DNA of 64,000 nucleotides from NCBI GenBank assembly GCA_012295275.1, contig CM022671.1:30752001-30816000 (forward strand), in the 5' to 3' direction. A program made the position numbers and the translations under genes. Below the pieces are notes generated by a model, which was not told where the DNA came from, searched no databases, and was given only the letters and a program-made list of their open reading frames with translations. This document shows positions 46,919 to 60,340 of the stretch, piece after piece (the stretch's first letter is position 1; each line of letters opens with the position of its first letter). This DNA is from Chrysomallon squamiferum (Eukaryota > Animalia > Mollusca).

Positions 46919-48019
46919 TTAATATCGTTTTGGCTCCTGGGCCGACGTGCTTAGTGTATCGCTAGTTTTCGTCACCCTGCAGACAAAACACGAAATGAGA
47001 ACGTTTCTGAACTTGGCACCAAACAGACAGTAATAGAGAAAATTGACGGCCGAGTTGAACGTGTACATGAAGTCAGACGCCAGATGAAGATGGAAACAGA
47101 AAACTGGACTCTTCTCTTCGTCACCAAATTTGTCAAAACACAAACTCCTGTCAGAGATGAGGAGCGTGACGGTGATGCAGAAAGTGAAAACAATGGCCAG
47201 GGTCGTTGCCGTTATTCTGTCAGTTACGGCGGACCGTCGTTCCGAAGTCGAAGACTGTTTCGTTTTTAGCTTTCGAAGTTTCGTGCACAGCTTGTAAACG
47301 ATGCAGGCATTGAGAACGACAAGCGTGAACACCGGAACGACCAGAAGAACGATCACTTCCAGGTACTTCTGGTAAACTTCTGCGAAAAAGAACTTCATTG
47401 CGTCGGAAAATTGCGGCTTAGTTACAAAAAGTCTGGTCAGGTTGGTCTCGGGATCCTGGTCCACGCGAAAGGATCCGGTAAAAAATTTCGGAATGTTGTA
47501 CACGACTGAAGACACGAGAACGAACAAGCCAGATATTCTGGCTCGTTTGACCGTGACCCAGGAAAGAGCTCGAAGCGGGAACATGACCACAATGAACCGT
47601 TCTGAAGTCAGCAACATGGTCGTATAAAGGGACCCGAAGTAGGCGATGTGTTCAAAAGGTCTGTATACTATGTTCACAGGAACGCTGTACAAGTCGACAC
47701 CATCAGAAGCTTCGCCTACGATAGAGCTCACTGTTACGAATAAAAGCGATCTTACTAAAATGAGAATGTCGAAGAAAGCCAGGAAGGTCAAAATGACGCT
47801 GTTGGGAGACTTCATTCTGGAAGAAGACAGGACGCAGATCGAGATGAAGTTGCCAACGAAACCGAGAAGTACGAGAACTGAAATGGCTGCTTCTACAACC
47901 CAGCGAAGAACCGATTCAGTTTGCTCCGTATCCTCATCCTGTAAACAAAGCGTTACATTGTCGCATGTTAAATTAATAAGACTCGCAGTAAGACTTTCAC
48001 TGTGAGAAATGTTCACCAT
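46919..48019 (-). CDS. Class A GPCR, same family (GPCR-3), 366 aa, short N-terminus without signal peptide
   Basis: 7 TM segments with GN, LAFFD, SERF, YNIPKF and NSAVNFLYYCLFGAKFR. N-glycosylation sequons NIS, NLT and NVT lie near the N-terminus. Confidence 0.93.
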   Translation of the reverse strand: MVNISHSESLTASLINLTCDNVTLCLQDEDTEQTESVLRWVVEAAISVLVLLGFVGNFISICVLSSSRMKSPNSVILTFLAFFDILILVRSLLFVTVSSIVGEASDGVDLYSVPVNIVYRPFEHIAYFGSLYTTMLLTSERFIVVMFPLRALSWVTVKRARISGLFVLVSSVVYNIPKFFTGSFRVDQDPETNLTRLFVTKPQFSDAMKFFFAEVYQKYLEVIVLLVVPVFTLVVLNACIVYKLCTKLRKLKTKQSSTSERRSAVTDRITATTLAIVFTFCITVTLLISDRSLCFDKFGDEEKSPVFCFHLHLASDFMYTFNSAVNFLYYCLFGAKFRNVLISCFVCRVTKTSDTLSTSAQEPKRY

Positions 48020-48572
48020 CTTACCGGTAAATGAATGATTTGTGTATTTTTATTGTTTATGACAATGTTATCAGTGATATTGTTTAAGGTCGTGTCACGT
48101 ATATCCTGTACAGTTATCCTTGTTAACGTTAAAAGGTATTGAACTTATGAACTGTGGTGCAGAATTGTAAGTGTTTTATGTTGTATTCATGATCAGCAAC
48201 TAAAGTTAGATCTTCATATTTTCAAATTCGTTGTACAAAAGCTGCGAAGTATTGAATTCATGAAAGTCGATGAAATCCAAAAAAAAAAAAGTTTGTGTGT
48301 ATTCTTAAAATTATTAAAATTATTGTGTGTTGTTTTCTTGACTGTCGACGAATACAACTCTATTTCAGTTCATAAGCAACGAAGAATTATGACTTTATGC
48401 TGTGTTTTAATAGCGCCGTCTTTGATCAAACGAACGTCCTGGTTGTCGAATTCGTGAATCGTGCTCAGCGATGCAGAAACCATCAGAAATGAGCGGCTGT
48501 AATCGTCTGTGTAAACTGCAAACAGATAAACATCTCGTATTATTATTGTTATTATCGTTGTTGTTGTTGTTG

Positions 48573-48603
<31 letters not shown>

Positions 48604-48732
48604 GAGTGTTTTCATGATAGCGTAATTTTGAAATCTACGATTTCGAATTGAAAAGCATTAAAAATGAGATAAAACAACAACAACAACCCCCCCCCATACA
48701 CATAATAATAATAAATAAATAAAAAAATTAAA

Positions 48733-48775
<43 letters not shown>

Positions 48776-49046
48776 CATCAGTATAATTAAATAAAATATC
48801 GCAGAACACTTAACGTTTGGTGAATAAATAATTTTTAAGTTATAGTAATAATTTTTTTTAATCACTATTGCAGTTGTTAATTGTACTACAAATATCGTAT
48901 TTAGCATGTTTAAAACTGTGAGCAATTCTAAATTTAAAATAAAAGTAAAATATTCATTGGTACTTAAATACTCTATAACAACAGCAACAACTGTTACTAC
49001 TGCCACAACACAGATAGAAGGAAAAAGAGAAGATAACAATAGCGAG

Positions 49047-49141
<95 letters not shown>

Positions 49142-50465
49142 AATGAAAATAAAACAAAAAGAGAAACAAAAAGAGACAAAGGGATACAATATCCGATTTC
49201 GTTTATAAAACATATCTTACTTACCACAAGTAAATGAATGTTCTTACTGCTATGTTTCTTTTCATCTCGAAAATTCAAATGTAACTTCTCTATCATGCTA
49301 AACTGCACGCATGGAGAGTTTTTACTCCTGCCTTCGTATTTTCTCGATATTTCAGCTATACCGTACCTTACCACTGACGAAACTACACAAGAGGAACCTA
49401 ACATTAATTTATCAGGTAAATTTATATAAATATGAATCATTTACCGACAACCGAAATTACGGAGTTTCATGTTTAATTAATAAACGGGAACCGCAGGTGT
49501 ACCCAAACCTTCAAAACACACGCTGACCGCAAATGGAATAACGGGGAGTTTTCTGTTAACACATGCAACATAAGGAGGCTTTAGATGATCGTGGAACCAT
49601 CACTAAATAATAGGATGAGGCTAAGCAGGCCTTTGATACTTCCAAAGTGTCATTAACATATTCCTTTATATATATATACTCACTGATATGTCATAGCTAA
49701 CTGATGTACTGTCTATGTAAGTGTATGCATACGGTAAATTACCTTCAGCATTGTGACGCTGTCTGCTGTGTTAAACAGTGAGAGGGCTGCCACAGCACGC
49801 TTAAAACAATGAAAACCGTTATGAATATTATAATCCGTTATGAATATTATAATCCGTTTTATTTCAGTTGTGACGTTTGCCGATAGGCTATTACTGAACA
49901 TGCTGAATATGCAGATATTCATTTTTTAAATAGTGTGTTGTTGTTGTTGTTATTATTATTATTATTGTTGTTGTTGTTTATAATACACTATCAGTAGTAG
50001 TAGCATTAATAGCAGAAGTAGTAGTCGTAATAGGAGTGATAATGGTGGAAGCAGTAGTAGTAGTAGCAGTAGCAGCAGTTATAACATTAGCGGTAAAGAT
50101 ATTTGATTTTCAATATCTCTGTGATCCTTAACCACGTTTATAACTCCATAAAACCACAGATTAAAAGTGTATTGAATGCATCTTAGTATTTTAATTTGTT
50201 TTAACCACACACACACACACACTCACACACACACACACAAACATACACACACAACAAACACACATACATACATAATACACACATACATACATACACATAT
50301 ATATACATACACACATACACACATACATACATACATACATACATACATGCACATATGCATACAAATTACAAAGATATTCTGACTTCAGTATCATCTGCAG
50401 CAAGTCAGAATTTGTCCATGGTATGCGCAAGTGTATTTCTCCTTTTCTTTTTTTCTATCCTTCTT

Positions 50466-50500
<35 letters not shown>

Positions 50501-50621
50501 CATGAAATGAAAATAAAAATAAAACAACATTTGTTCACGAATTTTATTATTTTATGGAACATTTATTAATTTACATTATAAATAAAATATTTGTATTTTC
50601 ATATTCAATGAAATAATAATG

Positions 50622-50655
<34 letters not shown>

Positions 50656-50675
50656 TAGTAATAATAATAATAATA

Positions 50676-50710
<35 letters not shown>

Positions 50711-51280
50711 AATGATAATCTGGACAAGGTATTTTAGTGAACTAAAACGAAGTGTTTAGATATTTGCAAGTAGCTATATTTATAATGGTTTCTTCGTTTT
50801 TCTCTCTTCTATACGTTACGTTTATATTGAAAATAAAAGTAAATAACATTAATTTTGGAAAATGAAAAAAAATTAAATTATGATTTTGTCTTATTTTAAT
50901 CCATCTCCTCCTCATCGTTATCATCATCATCATCATCATCATCATCATAATCTGCCTCTTCTTCTTCTCCTTTTTTTTTTATGCACAAGAAAAATTTACA
51001 TGTTCTTATTGTAATTGAGTTTGTTCTCAATAATGCAACTGACCAGTTACCTATAACAAATATTGTAAAATGCTTCTTTCTAATACAGAGAAAGGTCTAA
51101 GGCCTAAATTAGCCAGTCTTGGAGCTTGGGTTAGATCGGTAAATAACAACACACATCGTAAAACACATTCATAATAATGCGTTTTTATTTTTCAAAGCGG
51201 CTACAAAGTTGTGGATTTTACGACTGTTCCAGTCATAGATACTTACTGCACGTACGTTCCAACAACTGCACGTACAGAGT

Positions 51281-52858
51281 TTAACTCAGAGTGGAAAGTT
51301 CTCGTGCAGAAATACTTACTGTGCTCTCTAGTTTGACAACCCTACACGTAAATATCGAAATCATAACTTTTCTAAACTTTGCACCGAACAAACAGTAATA
51401 GACGAAATTAACAGCTGAATTGAACGTGTACATCAAATTGGTTGCCATGCGTAAATCGTCGCAGTACGCTGGAAGTTGGGGCTTTTCTCCTACCGGTAAA
51501 AGGCACAACTTTCTGTCGAGGGTAAGCAGCGTCAGGGTAATGCAGAAGGTGAAAATAATGGCCAGAGTCATTGCCGTTATTTTATCAGTGACAGACGATC
51601 GTCGCCCACAAGTTGAAGACTCTTTCGTTTTAAAGTGTCTAGAAGCATTACAGATTTTATAAATGATGCAGACGTTCAGAACAACAAGCGTGAACACTGG
51701 TATCGCCAACAGAACGATCACTTCCAGGTATTTCTTGTAGATTTCAGCGCTGAAGAATTCAACTCCTTCAGAAAATGTTGCTTTGGTCACCACGAATTTG
51801 GTCAGATGCGTCACAGGATCCTGTTCCGTCGAAAGTGTTGCGTGAAGAAACTTAGGAATGTTGTAGATGACGGAAAAGAGGAGAATTATGAAACCAGATA
51901 TTCTTGCTCGTTTGACTGAGATCAGCAACACGGCTCGAAGGGGGAACATGATCACTATAAACCGTTCTGCCGTCAGCAAGACTGTCATGTACACAGATCC
52001 GAAGTAACCGATGTGCTCGAACGGTCTGAAGATAACGCCTACGGGAATCCCGTAAACGTCCCTAGTCCTTGCTCTGCCCAAAGAATCTGAGAGGATAGAG
52101 CTCACTGTTATGAACAAAAGAGATCTCACTAAAATGAGAATGTCGAAGAAAGCCAGGAAGGTCAAAATGACGCTGTTGGGAGACTTCATTCTGGAAGAAG
52201 ACAGGACGCAGATCGAGATGCAGTTGCCCGCGATTCCGAGCAGAGCTGTCGTTGAGATGAATACTGTGTTAACTAACCACTCTATTGTCCTTCTCGATCC
52301 GTTCTTTCGTTTTGGTGAGCATTCTATGTCTGATTTATTGTCACCTGGCGAATTCGAACAGTTTGTTGCGGTTGTGTTGTCGTCAGATCTGCCGACTGTT
52401 TGGTTGAAATTTTCGTCTGCCGAATTGAAATTTATGCCGTTGTTTTTGTCGTTTGTAATCACAAGTGAAGGCCTCGTATTTCCACCACTGATATTTTGTG
52501 AATTCAAGAATGATCTAGAATTAAAGCTGTCTGGTGTTGAATTCATGAACGATGTAGAATTAAAGCTGCCTGGCGTTGAATTCGTGAATGATGTAGAATT
52601 AAAGCTGTCTGGCGTTGAATTCATGAACGATGTAGAATTAAAGCTGTCTGGTGTTGAATTCATGAAAGTTGTATAATCAAAGCTGTCTGGCGTTGAATTC
52701 ATGAAAGTTGTAGAATTAACGCTGACTGCTGTTGAATCCGTACTCGGTGTTGAGTCTAAACTAGACGTCTGCGTTGAAACTGACGCAAAGTTGCAGACAA
52801 CCAGCACGAAACAACTCATCGCGTGTAAATTCATTTTAATTAGATTCCTCATCTTCAT
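51281..52858 (-). CDS. Class A GPCR, same family (GPCR-4), ~525 aa, with repeat-containing glycosylated ectodomain
   Basis: An acceptor at 52863-52864 with a long T-rich tract precedes the first ATG at 52858 (MKMRNLIKMNLHAMSCFVLVV, signal-like). Motifs: GN, LAFFD, AERF, YNIPKF, NSAVNFVYYCLFGAKFR. Confidence 0.9.
   Translation of the reverse strand: MKMRNLIKMNLHAMSCFVLVVCNFASVSTQTSSLDSTPSTDSTAVSVNSTTFMNSTPDSFDYTTFMNSTPDSFNSTSFMNSTPDSFNSTSFTNSTPGSFNSTSFMNSTPDSFNSRSFLNSQNISGGNTRPSLVITNDKNNGINFNSADENFNQTVGRSDDNTTATNCSNSPGDNKSDIECSPKRKNGSRRTIEWLVNTVFISTTALLGIAGNCISICVLSSSRMKSPNSVILTFLAFFDILILVRSLLFITVSSILSDSLGRARTRDVYGIPVGVIFRPFEHIGYFGSVYMTVLLTAERFIVIMFPLRAVLLISVKRARISGFIILLFSVIYNIPKFLHATLSTEQDPVTHLTKFVVTKATFSEGVEFFSAEIYKKYLEVIVLLAIPVFTLVVLNVCIIYKICNASRHFKTKESSTCGRRSSVTDKITAMTLAIIFTFCITLTLLTLDRKLCLLPVGEKPQLPAYCDDLRMATNLMYTFNSAVNFVYYCLFGAKFRKVMISIFTCRVVKLESTVSISARELSTLS
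52500..52720 (-). repeat. Coding 39-bp minisatellite (13-aa unit FMNSTPDSFNSTS, ~5.5 copies) in the GPCR-4 ectodomain
   Basis: The unit gaattaaagctgtctgg(t/c)gttgaattcatgaacgatgta is repeated in tandem on the + strand. Confidence 0.9.
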
Positions 52859-53184
52859 AAATCTGTAATTACAAAAAACAACAACAACAAAAACAAAGCA
52901 AACAACAGCAAATGAACTAAACAAAAACAAAACAAAAACATATTGTATAAAGAGAAAGAAATCATTTTCAGAAGTAGGCTTCAGCTCTGTGAAGAAAACA
53001 GAGGGCTGAGGCATAACACGTTTTTCCCATTCCAGTAGCTGACATACGACCGATCTACCTCCATTAACGTCTATGAGAAGGCGTTCATAAAATATCTACT
53101 GTTGCTAAAAGAAGTAATGTAGTCTTTGGTATGACAGCAATAGGTTTTATCTTTGCTATGACCCTTAATCACACACACATACAC

Positions 53185-53232
<48 letters not shown>

Positions 53233-54932
53233 TATATATAATACTTACATACAAAAACAAAATCCTTCCAGACTTGCTATATATCAATATATCAATGAAA
53301 GGGTGAACATAAATCACTCTATTGTAAATCCATTATTGAGAGAAAAAAGCCTAAAACCTAATAAAAATGTTAACTTGAGTCTTCAGTGACTGAAGGGAAC
53401 TGACCTGTATTTTCACTGACGCCGTGTGTATGTGGCACGTGTAGTACACTGTAAATATAAATATGTAATTGACAAGATGGCACATTTGTTGTAGTAATGA
53501 AGTATATTATATAATTAATGATGTAGACACGTATATACTTTCATACACGCGTACTTGTAATTACAGATGAATGAACAGAGTATATAGGCACATACAGTAA
53601 TAATAATTAAAAAACATATTTCTGTCTTAGAGTCTTTGAATTATGCTTATATATGTTGTTGGCATTTTTTTTTATTTTTTTTATTTTTTTTTCCCCTTTT
53701 TTTTCCGTTTTTCTTTATTGTTACAGCTATTATTATGATTATTTTATTATTATTTTTTTTAATTCCTGCTATTATTTTTTTAAATTATTTTTGTTTACTA
53801 TTACACAACATTTTAAATGTGAAATCATTTGGTCTGTACTTTGGGAGAGTCGAAAGTGTAATAATGGTAACCACTGTTTGTTTTGGTTTTTTTGGGGGGG
53901 GGGGTAAAAAAAAATTAAATTCGTCTCGAACGTAATATTTCATTTTAATTCAGTTTGTAAGAACATGATTTAGTTAAGTTTGAAATATTATTTTCTACGT
54001 TTAAATAAACTAATCTTGTAATCTTAAAGAAATTATCTATTTTAGTTCATTTAAAAGTAATTTTAATACTATTTAACCACTTACGCTCACATACTCTATT
54101 ATTATAATCGTTCAGCAATAATCCATATATCAAGAATAATAACTTTGTGCTTTTTGTCAATTATTAATTTTAACCGAAACGTTATCATTCCCCAGGGCAA
54201 AACACATGCAAAACACCCAATATTCTATAACAAAGTACAAAATACCTTCATTCAAAAAACAAAACAAAAAATGCAGCACGCTACTGTAAATCCACAGAAG
54301 AATCTGACATAAGTGATAAAACTTGAATGTTCAGTGACCAACAGAGTCAGATCCAGAATCGAAATTAGTTTCATTTCGATCAGTCCGTCACCACGATAAC
54401 ACAGATGGACAGATAAAGAGGAAAGCAGTTAATGCATCGTTCAGTTCTCAATGGCTACGTCATTCGAGGCTAACTGACCGTTAATTTTGATTGTCTTCAA
54501 AAAAAAAAAAAATAATAATAATAATACTAAATAAATAAAAATATATAGATCGGAAAGAAACATGTGTTGGAAACAGTTGGGAAACCAATACTGATAATGC
54601 TTTGAGCAATTCCAGAAACAGTTTCCTACGGAGCAGGACGCTGAATATTCAGAGCAAGAGATTTGGGAAGACAAACGACAAATCATCAGCACCACAGGTG
54701 GGTTGTTAATAAGCTATTTTGTTCTCGTATGCGGGGGAAATGTCGCTGTTAATTGATGTGGAATAAACACAGAACGCGAACGAATGCTTACTCTGATGAG
54801 AGTTGTTGACGTGTTAACGTGTTTGAATACGCTATTAATTTAATTGTGAACAATGATGAGCTCCACGTGCGAAATCGTCTAATAGTAATAGTATTTCTGT
54901 TTTAATTGTTATTACTGTTTGTCATTCTTATA

Positions 54933-54982
<50 letters not shown>

Positions 54983-55166
54983 CATCATTACTTTTGATTT
55001 TTTGGTTTTGTTTTTGTCATCACTATATCATCAATATCATTACTATTAAGTAACGAACAAAAAGTAAATTTCACTTTTTAATTACAAATTAATTTTAACA
55101 ACAAGTATTTAAATACATATGGATAGTCATAAACAATAAAATGTAATACTAGAATAAACATAACAA

Positions 55167-55510
55167 TTGCTTGTTCAGATTGTTATCAATATCATCGTAT
55201 TGTTATCGATCTACCATGATATTTCTGAATCTTTCGTTTTATTTTCATATCACGAAAAAACATGGAAAACACCTGTGGACAGATATCACACTAAGATATA
55301 GAATTATTTTAATGAAATCCCAGTTTGTCACAATCTGCATCCACTGGCTGTAGTATTGCATCCTAGATTCGAGTTCTTCTTATTTAAACATTTTAGTTAC
55401 AGTGAAAGAGCTATAATCAGAAGTTGCCTTAATGGTTTGCTATAGTTTATAATTACATGAATTATACTTTAAATGTTTCCAAATTCTTTTCATCATTTGT
55501 TTATTGACTT
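55167..55510 (-). pseudogene. Diverged tandem relic of the galactosyltransferase 3' end and 3'UTR
   Basis: Aligns with 55707-56050, for example ttgttatcgatct(a/g)ccatga, acatggaaaacacct, tttgtcacaatctgcatccactggctgt, ttgcatcctagattcga and ttttcatcatt(t/c)gtttattgactt. Confidence 0.75.
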
Positions 55511-55943
55511 TATATATAAAGAAATGACATAGTAAAGAAATAGTAAGATAGATTAGAGAGCGAGATAGACAGAATCAGTGTGTGTCAAAATACGCATCGT
55601 TCGTTTCTTAATAAACATCTAACAATAATAAGAAAGCAATATCCTTCGACCAAAAACAATAAATAACTTCTACATCTGGCGCTGAACTAAAAATAAACAC
55701 AACAGTTGCTTGTTAAGATTCGTATCAATATATATATGTATTGTTATCGATCTGCCATGACACTTCTAAATCAGACGATTTATATTCATATCACCAAAAA
55801 ACATGGAAAACACCTATGTACAGATATTGCACTAAGATATTGAATTATTTTAATGAAAACCCAATTTGTCACAATCTGCATCCACTGGCTGTGATATTGC
55901 ATCCTAGATTCGACTTTTACTTTTATTTAAAAATGTTTAGTTA

Positions 55944-57656
55944 CTATGAAAAAGGTCTGATCCGAATTTTCGTTAATGGTTTGATATTGTCATTACACGA
56001 ATTATTCTTAAAAGATTTCCAGATTGTTTTCATCATTCGTTTATTGACTTTAGTTACTGAGAAACGAACGTGTTTGAAAAAGCTACACGATGACGGCTTT
56101 TGATCAAGATAGAAGGTAAAACATTCTGAATGGACCAAATTTCCATGAACAGTTTTTGTCAAAATTCCAGTGATGTAAGCGTCTTCGATAGGAACGTATG
56201 TCATGTACTGTGAAACATTGACTATCTTAGCAGCCAAGTCTGATGATATGATGTATGTGTTACCTGCGGCATAACGAGGGTAATACTTCAAAGGGTAGAC
56301 ATCTTTAGCCACACTCCATTTTCCTACTCTGATCACTGTTGATTTTTGGTAAATAAAACCGATCACTGAATTTGTCAAGTGTTTTTGTCTCAGGATGAGA
56401 AAATCTAGTAACAGAGGAATGTTGACGAATACGTCATCGTCTGCTTTAAGAATGAACTTGACACCTAGACACTGTGACGTAACCCATTTCAATCCCATCA
56501 ACATTTTGTGTGTGAGGTTCTGGTAAGAATCTAGAAAGTCTTCCTGGATCATATCTCCGTACTTCAAACTTTCGTGTTTGATCTGACTGTCAAGTCTGGT
56601 GTCTTTGCTTTTTCCAAACATGAACACAAATCTAACGTCAGCGTTCAGTGCTGCATTCGGCCATGTTTTCCCAAAGGAAACACTTCCCCAAGTTGTTCGA
56701 ATGACCTCACGGACAGAAATATGCTCGGCGAGAGATGGAACAAGAACAACAAGGAATGGACATTTTGGAACACATGTTGTTCTTGGTTCGATCATTAACT
56801 GAAATGGATGCGAAGATTTCACAATGTTTCCTTTCTCGAAGTATGTCTCGTTGATACCAAATCTATTTTTTGACACTTTTTTATATTTAATTTTATAAAC
56901 ATTTCTACTGAGATTTAACTTTAGTCTGTTAGGGTCCCGTGAAAGATTTCTCCATTGTAACCGACAAGGCTGTCTCTGATCTGAAATTTCTACACAGTCT
57001 AGAACTCGGCTTTTCATGTTAACAGGCAAAACAATATCCACAAAGCTGTCTGTATTCATGAACTGGCGCCTGAGAATCATCAACAGGATACAAAAGTAAA
57101 CTGTTATAGCAAACAGCAGAAGGTTTCGGAGGCGGGAGATCCTGCAAAAGAATATACATTTATTTTAATTGTTGCATCTATACATAATCTGTAACCCAGA
57201 AGTACGATACTGAAGTGCAAAAGATCCTGCGACAACACAAATTCGGGCACAATAGTTAAGAAGTGCGGGTTAAACAAAGAATTATTTTTATTGCAAATTA
57301 TGTGTAAAATCTGCGGCAAAATTACGCCTTTGTCCTCTTAGTCGAAACGTCATCATACGCACTTCATCTGTAACAACACTGAAGACAAGTGAAAATGTAT
57401 TATTGAGACAAGGCCAAAAACAGTCTTTTTTGTTTAGATCTATCTGCTCGCTCTTTTTTTTTTTGTTATCTGTCACTCTGTTTGTCTTTCTGTTTATTTA
57501 TTATCAATCAGTCTGTCTTTTCGTGACTGTCTGTCTTTCTGTGACTGTCTGTCTATCTATCTATCTATCTACGTATCTATCTATCTATATATCTATCTAT
57601 CTATCCGTCTGTCTGTCCATATGTTTGTTGTTTCTTCATTTACTCAAAAGCTGAGG

Positions 57657-57702
<46 letters not shown>

Positions 57703-58476
57703 TACAGACACACACAACTCATAATTGTTTTTATTTTAATCCAGTAACTGCTGCCAATACTAGATCCAGTCTGACATACTGAAACCTTGAGATGTCATTA
57801 AAAGATTCAATTCATGTTGACAGCCTTTAGCTAATAATTTAAAAGTAAACATTTTCTTTTAGCATTTACTTATACTAAATATATATATGTATGTATATGT
57901 GTATGTATGTATGTGTGTTTGTATTTATTTATGTATGTATATATGTATATATGTCTGTATGTATGTATGTATACATGTATGTATGCATATATCTGGTAGA
58001 GTAATAGTAGTAATAGTAGTAGTAGAAATAATAATAATAGTAATAGTTATAGTATTAGTAGCAGTAGTAATAGTAGTAAAAGTTGTTGCAGTATTATTAT
58101 TATTATTATTAGTAGTAGTAGTAGTAGTAGTAGTAGTAATGGTAGTAATAATAGTTATAGTGTTAGTAGCAGTAGTAACAGTAATAGTTGTATAATAATA
58201 CTAAAAGTAGCAGCTGTAGTACTAGTTGTAGCAGTAGTAGTAAACGTTATAGAGTAGTAGTAGTAGTAGAAGTAATAATTGTAGTAATAGAAGTAGTAGT
58301 AGTGGTTGTAGTAGTAGTGGTAATAGCAGTAGAAGTAGTCGTAGTATAATTATAATGGTTATAGTATTAGTAGTAATAATAATAGTAGTACAAATTAATA
58401 GTAGTAGTAGTAATAACAATAATAATAATAGTAATAGTAATAATAAAGAATCTTGAACGGAATGTTTAACTTACAT
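55944..58476 (-). CDS. GT31 beta-1,3-galactosyltransferase-like type II membrane protein, 399 aa
   Basis: Main exon 57141-55944 follows the acceptor ttttgcag and encodes (M)ISRLRNLLLFAITVYFCILLMILRR (cytoplasmic tail and TM), a stem, and a GT31 domain (FLVVLVPS, IRTTWG, DSYQNLTHK, KADDDVFVN, EDAYITG). The first two bases of the ATG probably come from an upstream exon ending at 58475 (..cacaAT|GTAAGT); this start assignment is less certain than the gene call. Confidence 0.9.
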
Positions 58477-60107
58477 TGTGGTCCGAGTGTGAGGAATTCC
58501 TGTGTACGCGAGGGTTCTCTGTGCTGTGAGACGGCGGCGAGTTTTACACTGAGTGAATGCTGCTGAGTCTAACTCGCTGAGTGTAACCCTTTCTGTACGT
58601 GACATCTGTTGTTTGTGAACGATACGAGTAAGAGCTAAGTAAAGTTAAAGAACAGACTGAAGTTTTAATCACAGTTCTAAACACGCACCTGTTTCTTTCC
58701 TTCCGTCCGTCATTCAGTCAATCCGTCCCTCCCGTATTCATTCATCCATCCCTCCATCCATCTCTTCGCTCAGAACACATTCAGACAAGGACTGTTTGAG
58801 TGTTTGAAATCTTTTATTAGACGTCTACGATGCTCTAAACTGACTTTCTGTCCGTTTCGTCAAAACATAGTTTTACACAGTTCACCACCGACACGTCCAC
58901 TTACAGATAAATAACAGACAGATAGGCAAAACCCGCAATACCACCACAGACAGATAAACAGATAGTCCAGATCACTTGTAGTATTACTGTCGTACCACTA
59001 CTACGTGTGCTGCAGTAATATTGCTACCTTTACTTGACAATACTTTTACTTAATATGTGCAACCACTGAACGTAGTTGCTATGTATGATGATTAGAGACA
59101 TTTCTATATCTTCTGGCATTTTGTTTGTATGTATGTATGTATGTATGTATGTATGTATATATATATATATGTATGTATGTATATTACGTATATTTGTATG
59201 TATGTATATGTATTATGAGTGTGTGTGTATAATTCATTATCGATTGTAAATTAATAACAATATTAACCTGCGTGTATAGTTTTCAGTCATGATTTATCGT
59301 ATTCCAAACATTTTATTTACTGGACTGATGTTACATTATACATATACTGATATAAACTAATGTTTGATAATGTATGTCAATAAATCCGCTTGTTATGGTA
59401 ATCTATTTTCACTATTATTTAAATCACGGTACTTGTAAAAAAAAATAATAATAAAATAAAAATAAAAAAATGTGTGTGGCTGGGAATCAAAGATCCGCGG
59501 TAAAGACAAGGAAGACATATGTACGTCTGTGTGTATGTATGTATGTATGTAGTTTAGGATTTTGAATATTCTCTGTCATATGTATGTCTGAATAGACAAT
59601 ATTCGGGAATGCACTGGCGCAGGGGGACAAAGTCCAATCACGACCTCACAAACCTCGTGTATGTATCCAGATCTCCTCTCCATGGGTATTGCTTAATGAT
59701 GACCAGCAAAGAATATCTGTAATGCAACGTTCCATACAAACAAAAGCTTGAACAATGATCTTCGATCAAACAAATGTGGAAAACCAGGCTAGTTGACTAC
59801 AAAGACCAAACAAACGCATTAAAGAGAATCGATCCTGAAATCTTTCTTACATAACTGTTGTATTACAATCTCTTTTACTGCGCGATTATAAAACAGATAC
59901 TTTATTTTTAAGACTTAAAGTGTGTTTTTGATGAAAAAAAAAAAAAAAAATTTTTTTTAAATTTTTGTTTTTTTTTGTGTATTTGACCATCATTTTATTT
60001 GATTTATTTGATTACAGCAATTTCAGTGACGCTGGCTTATTTCCACATTGTTCTGTGCCATCTGAAGGGATACAGACATCATTTATAAATGTAACTAAGA
60101 ACAGTTA

Positions 60108-60340
60108 GTTTAAGGAAATACGTTATTGCTAGTAAAAACAACATTTTAAAGAAATACTTTATTGTTAGTAAAGACTAGACGGTACAAATAAATGATAATA
60201 AATTGCAAGTCTACAGAACATTTTAAAGAAATACTTTATTGTTAGTAAAGACTGGACCGCACAAACAAATAATAATAATTTGTTAGAATACAAAATATTT
60301 TAAAGAAATACTTTATTGTTAGTAAAGACTGGACGGTACG
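60108..60340. repeat. ~78-bp tandem repeat (3 copies plus a partial copy)
   Basis: attttaaagaaatactttattgttagtaaagact(a/g)gac occurs at ~60143, ~60220 and ~60297. Confidence 0.8.

Noticed and set aside
52859-53014. N-terminal extension of the 577-aa ORF for GPCR-4
   Set aside because: It reads through a T-rich polypyrimidine tract and the acceptor at 52863-52864, so it is most likely intron.
60108-60340. Repeat with variable intervening sequence, superficially CRISPR-like
   Set aside because: The context is eukaryotic, there are only 3-4 units with related spacers, and there are no cas genes. It is an ordinary minisatellite.
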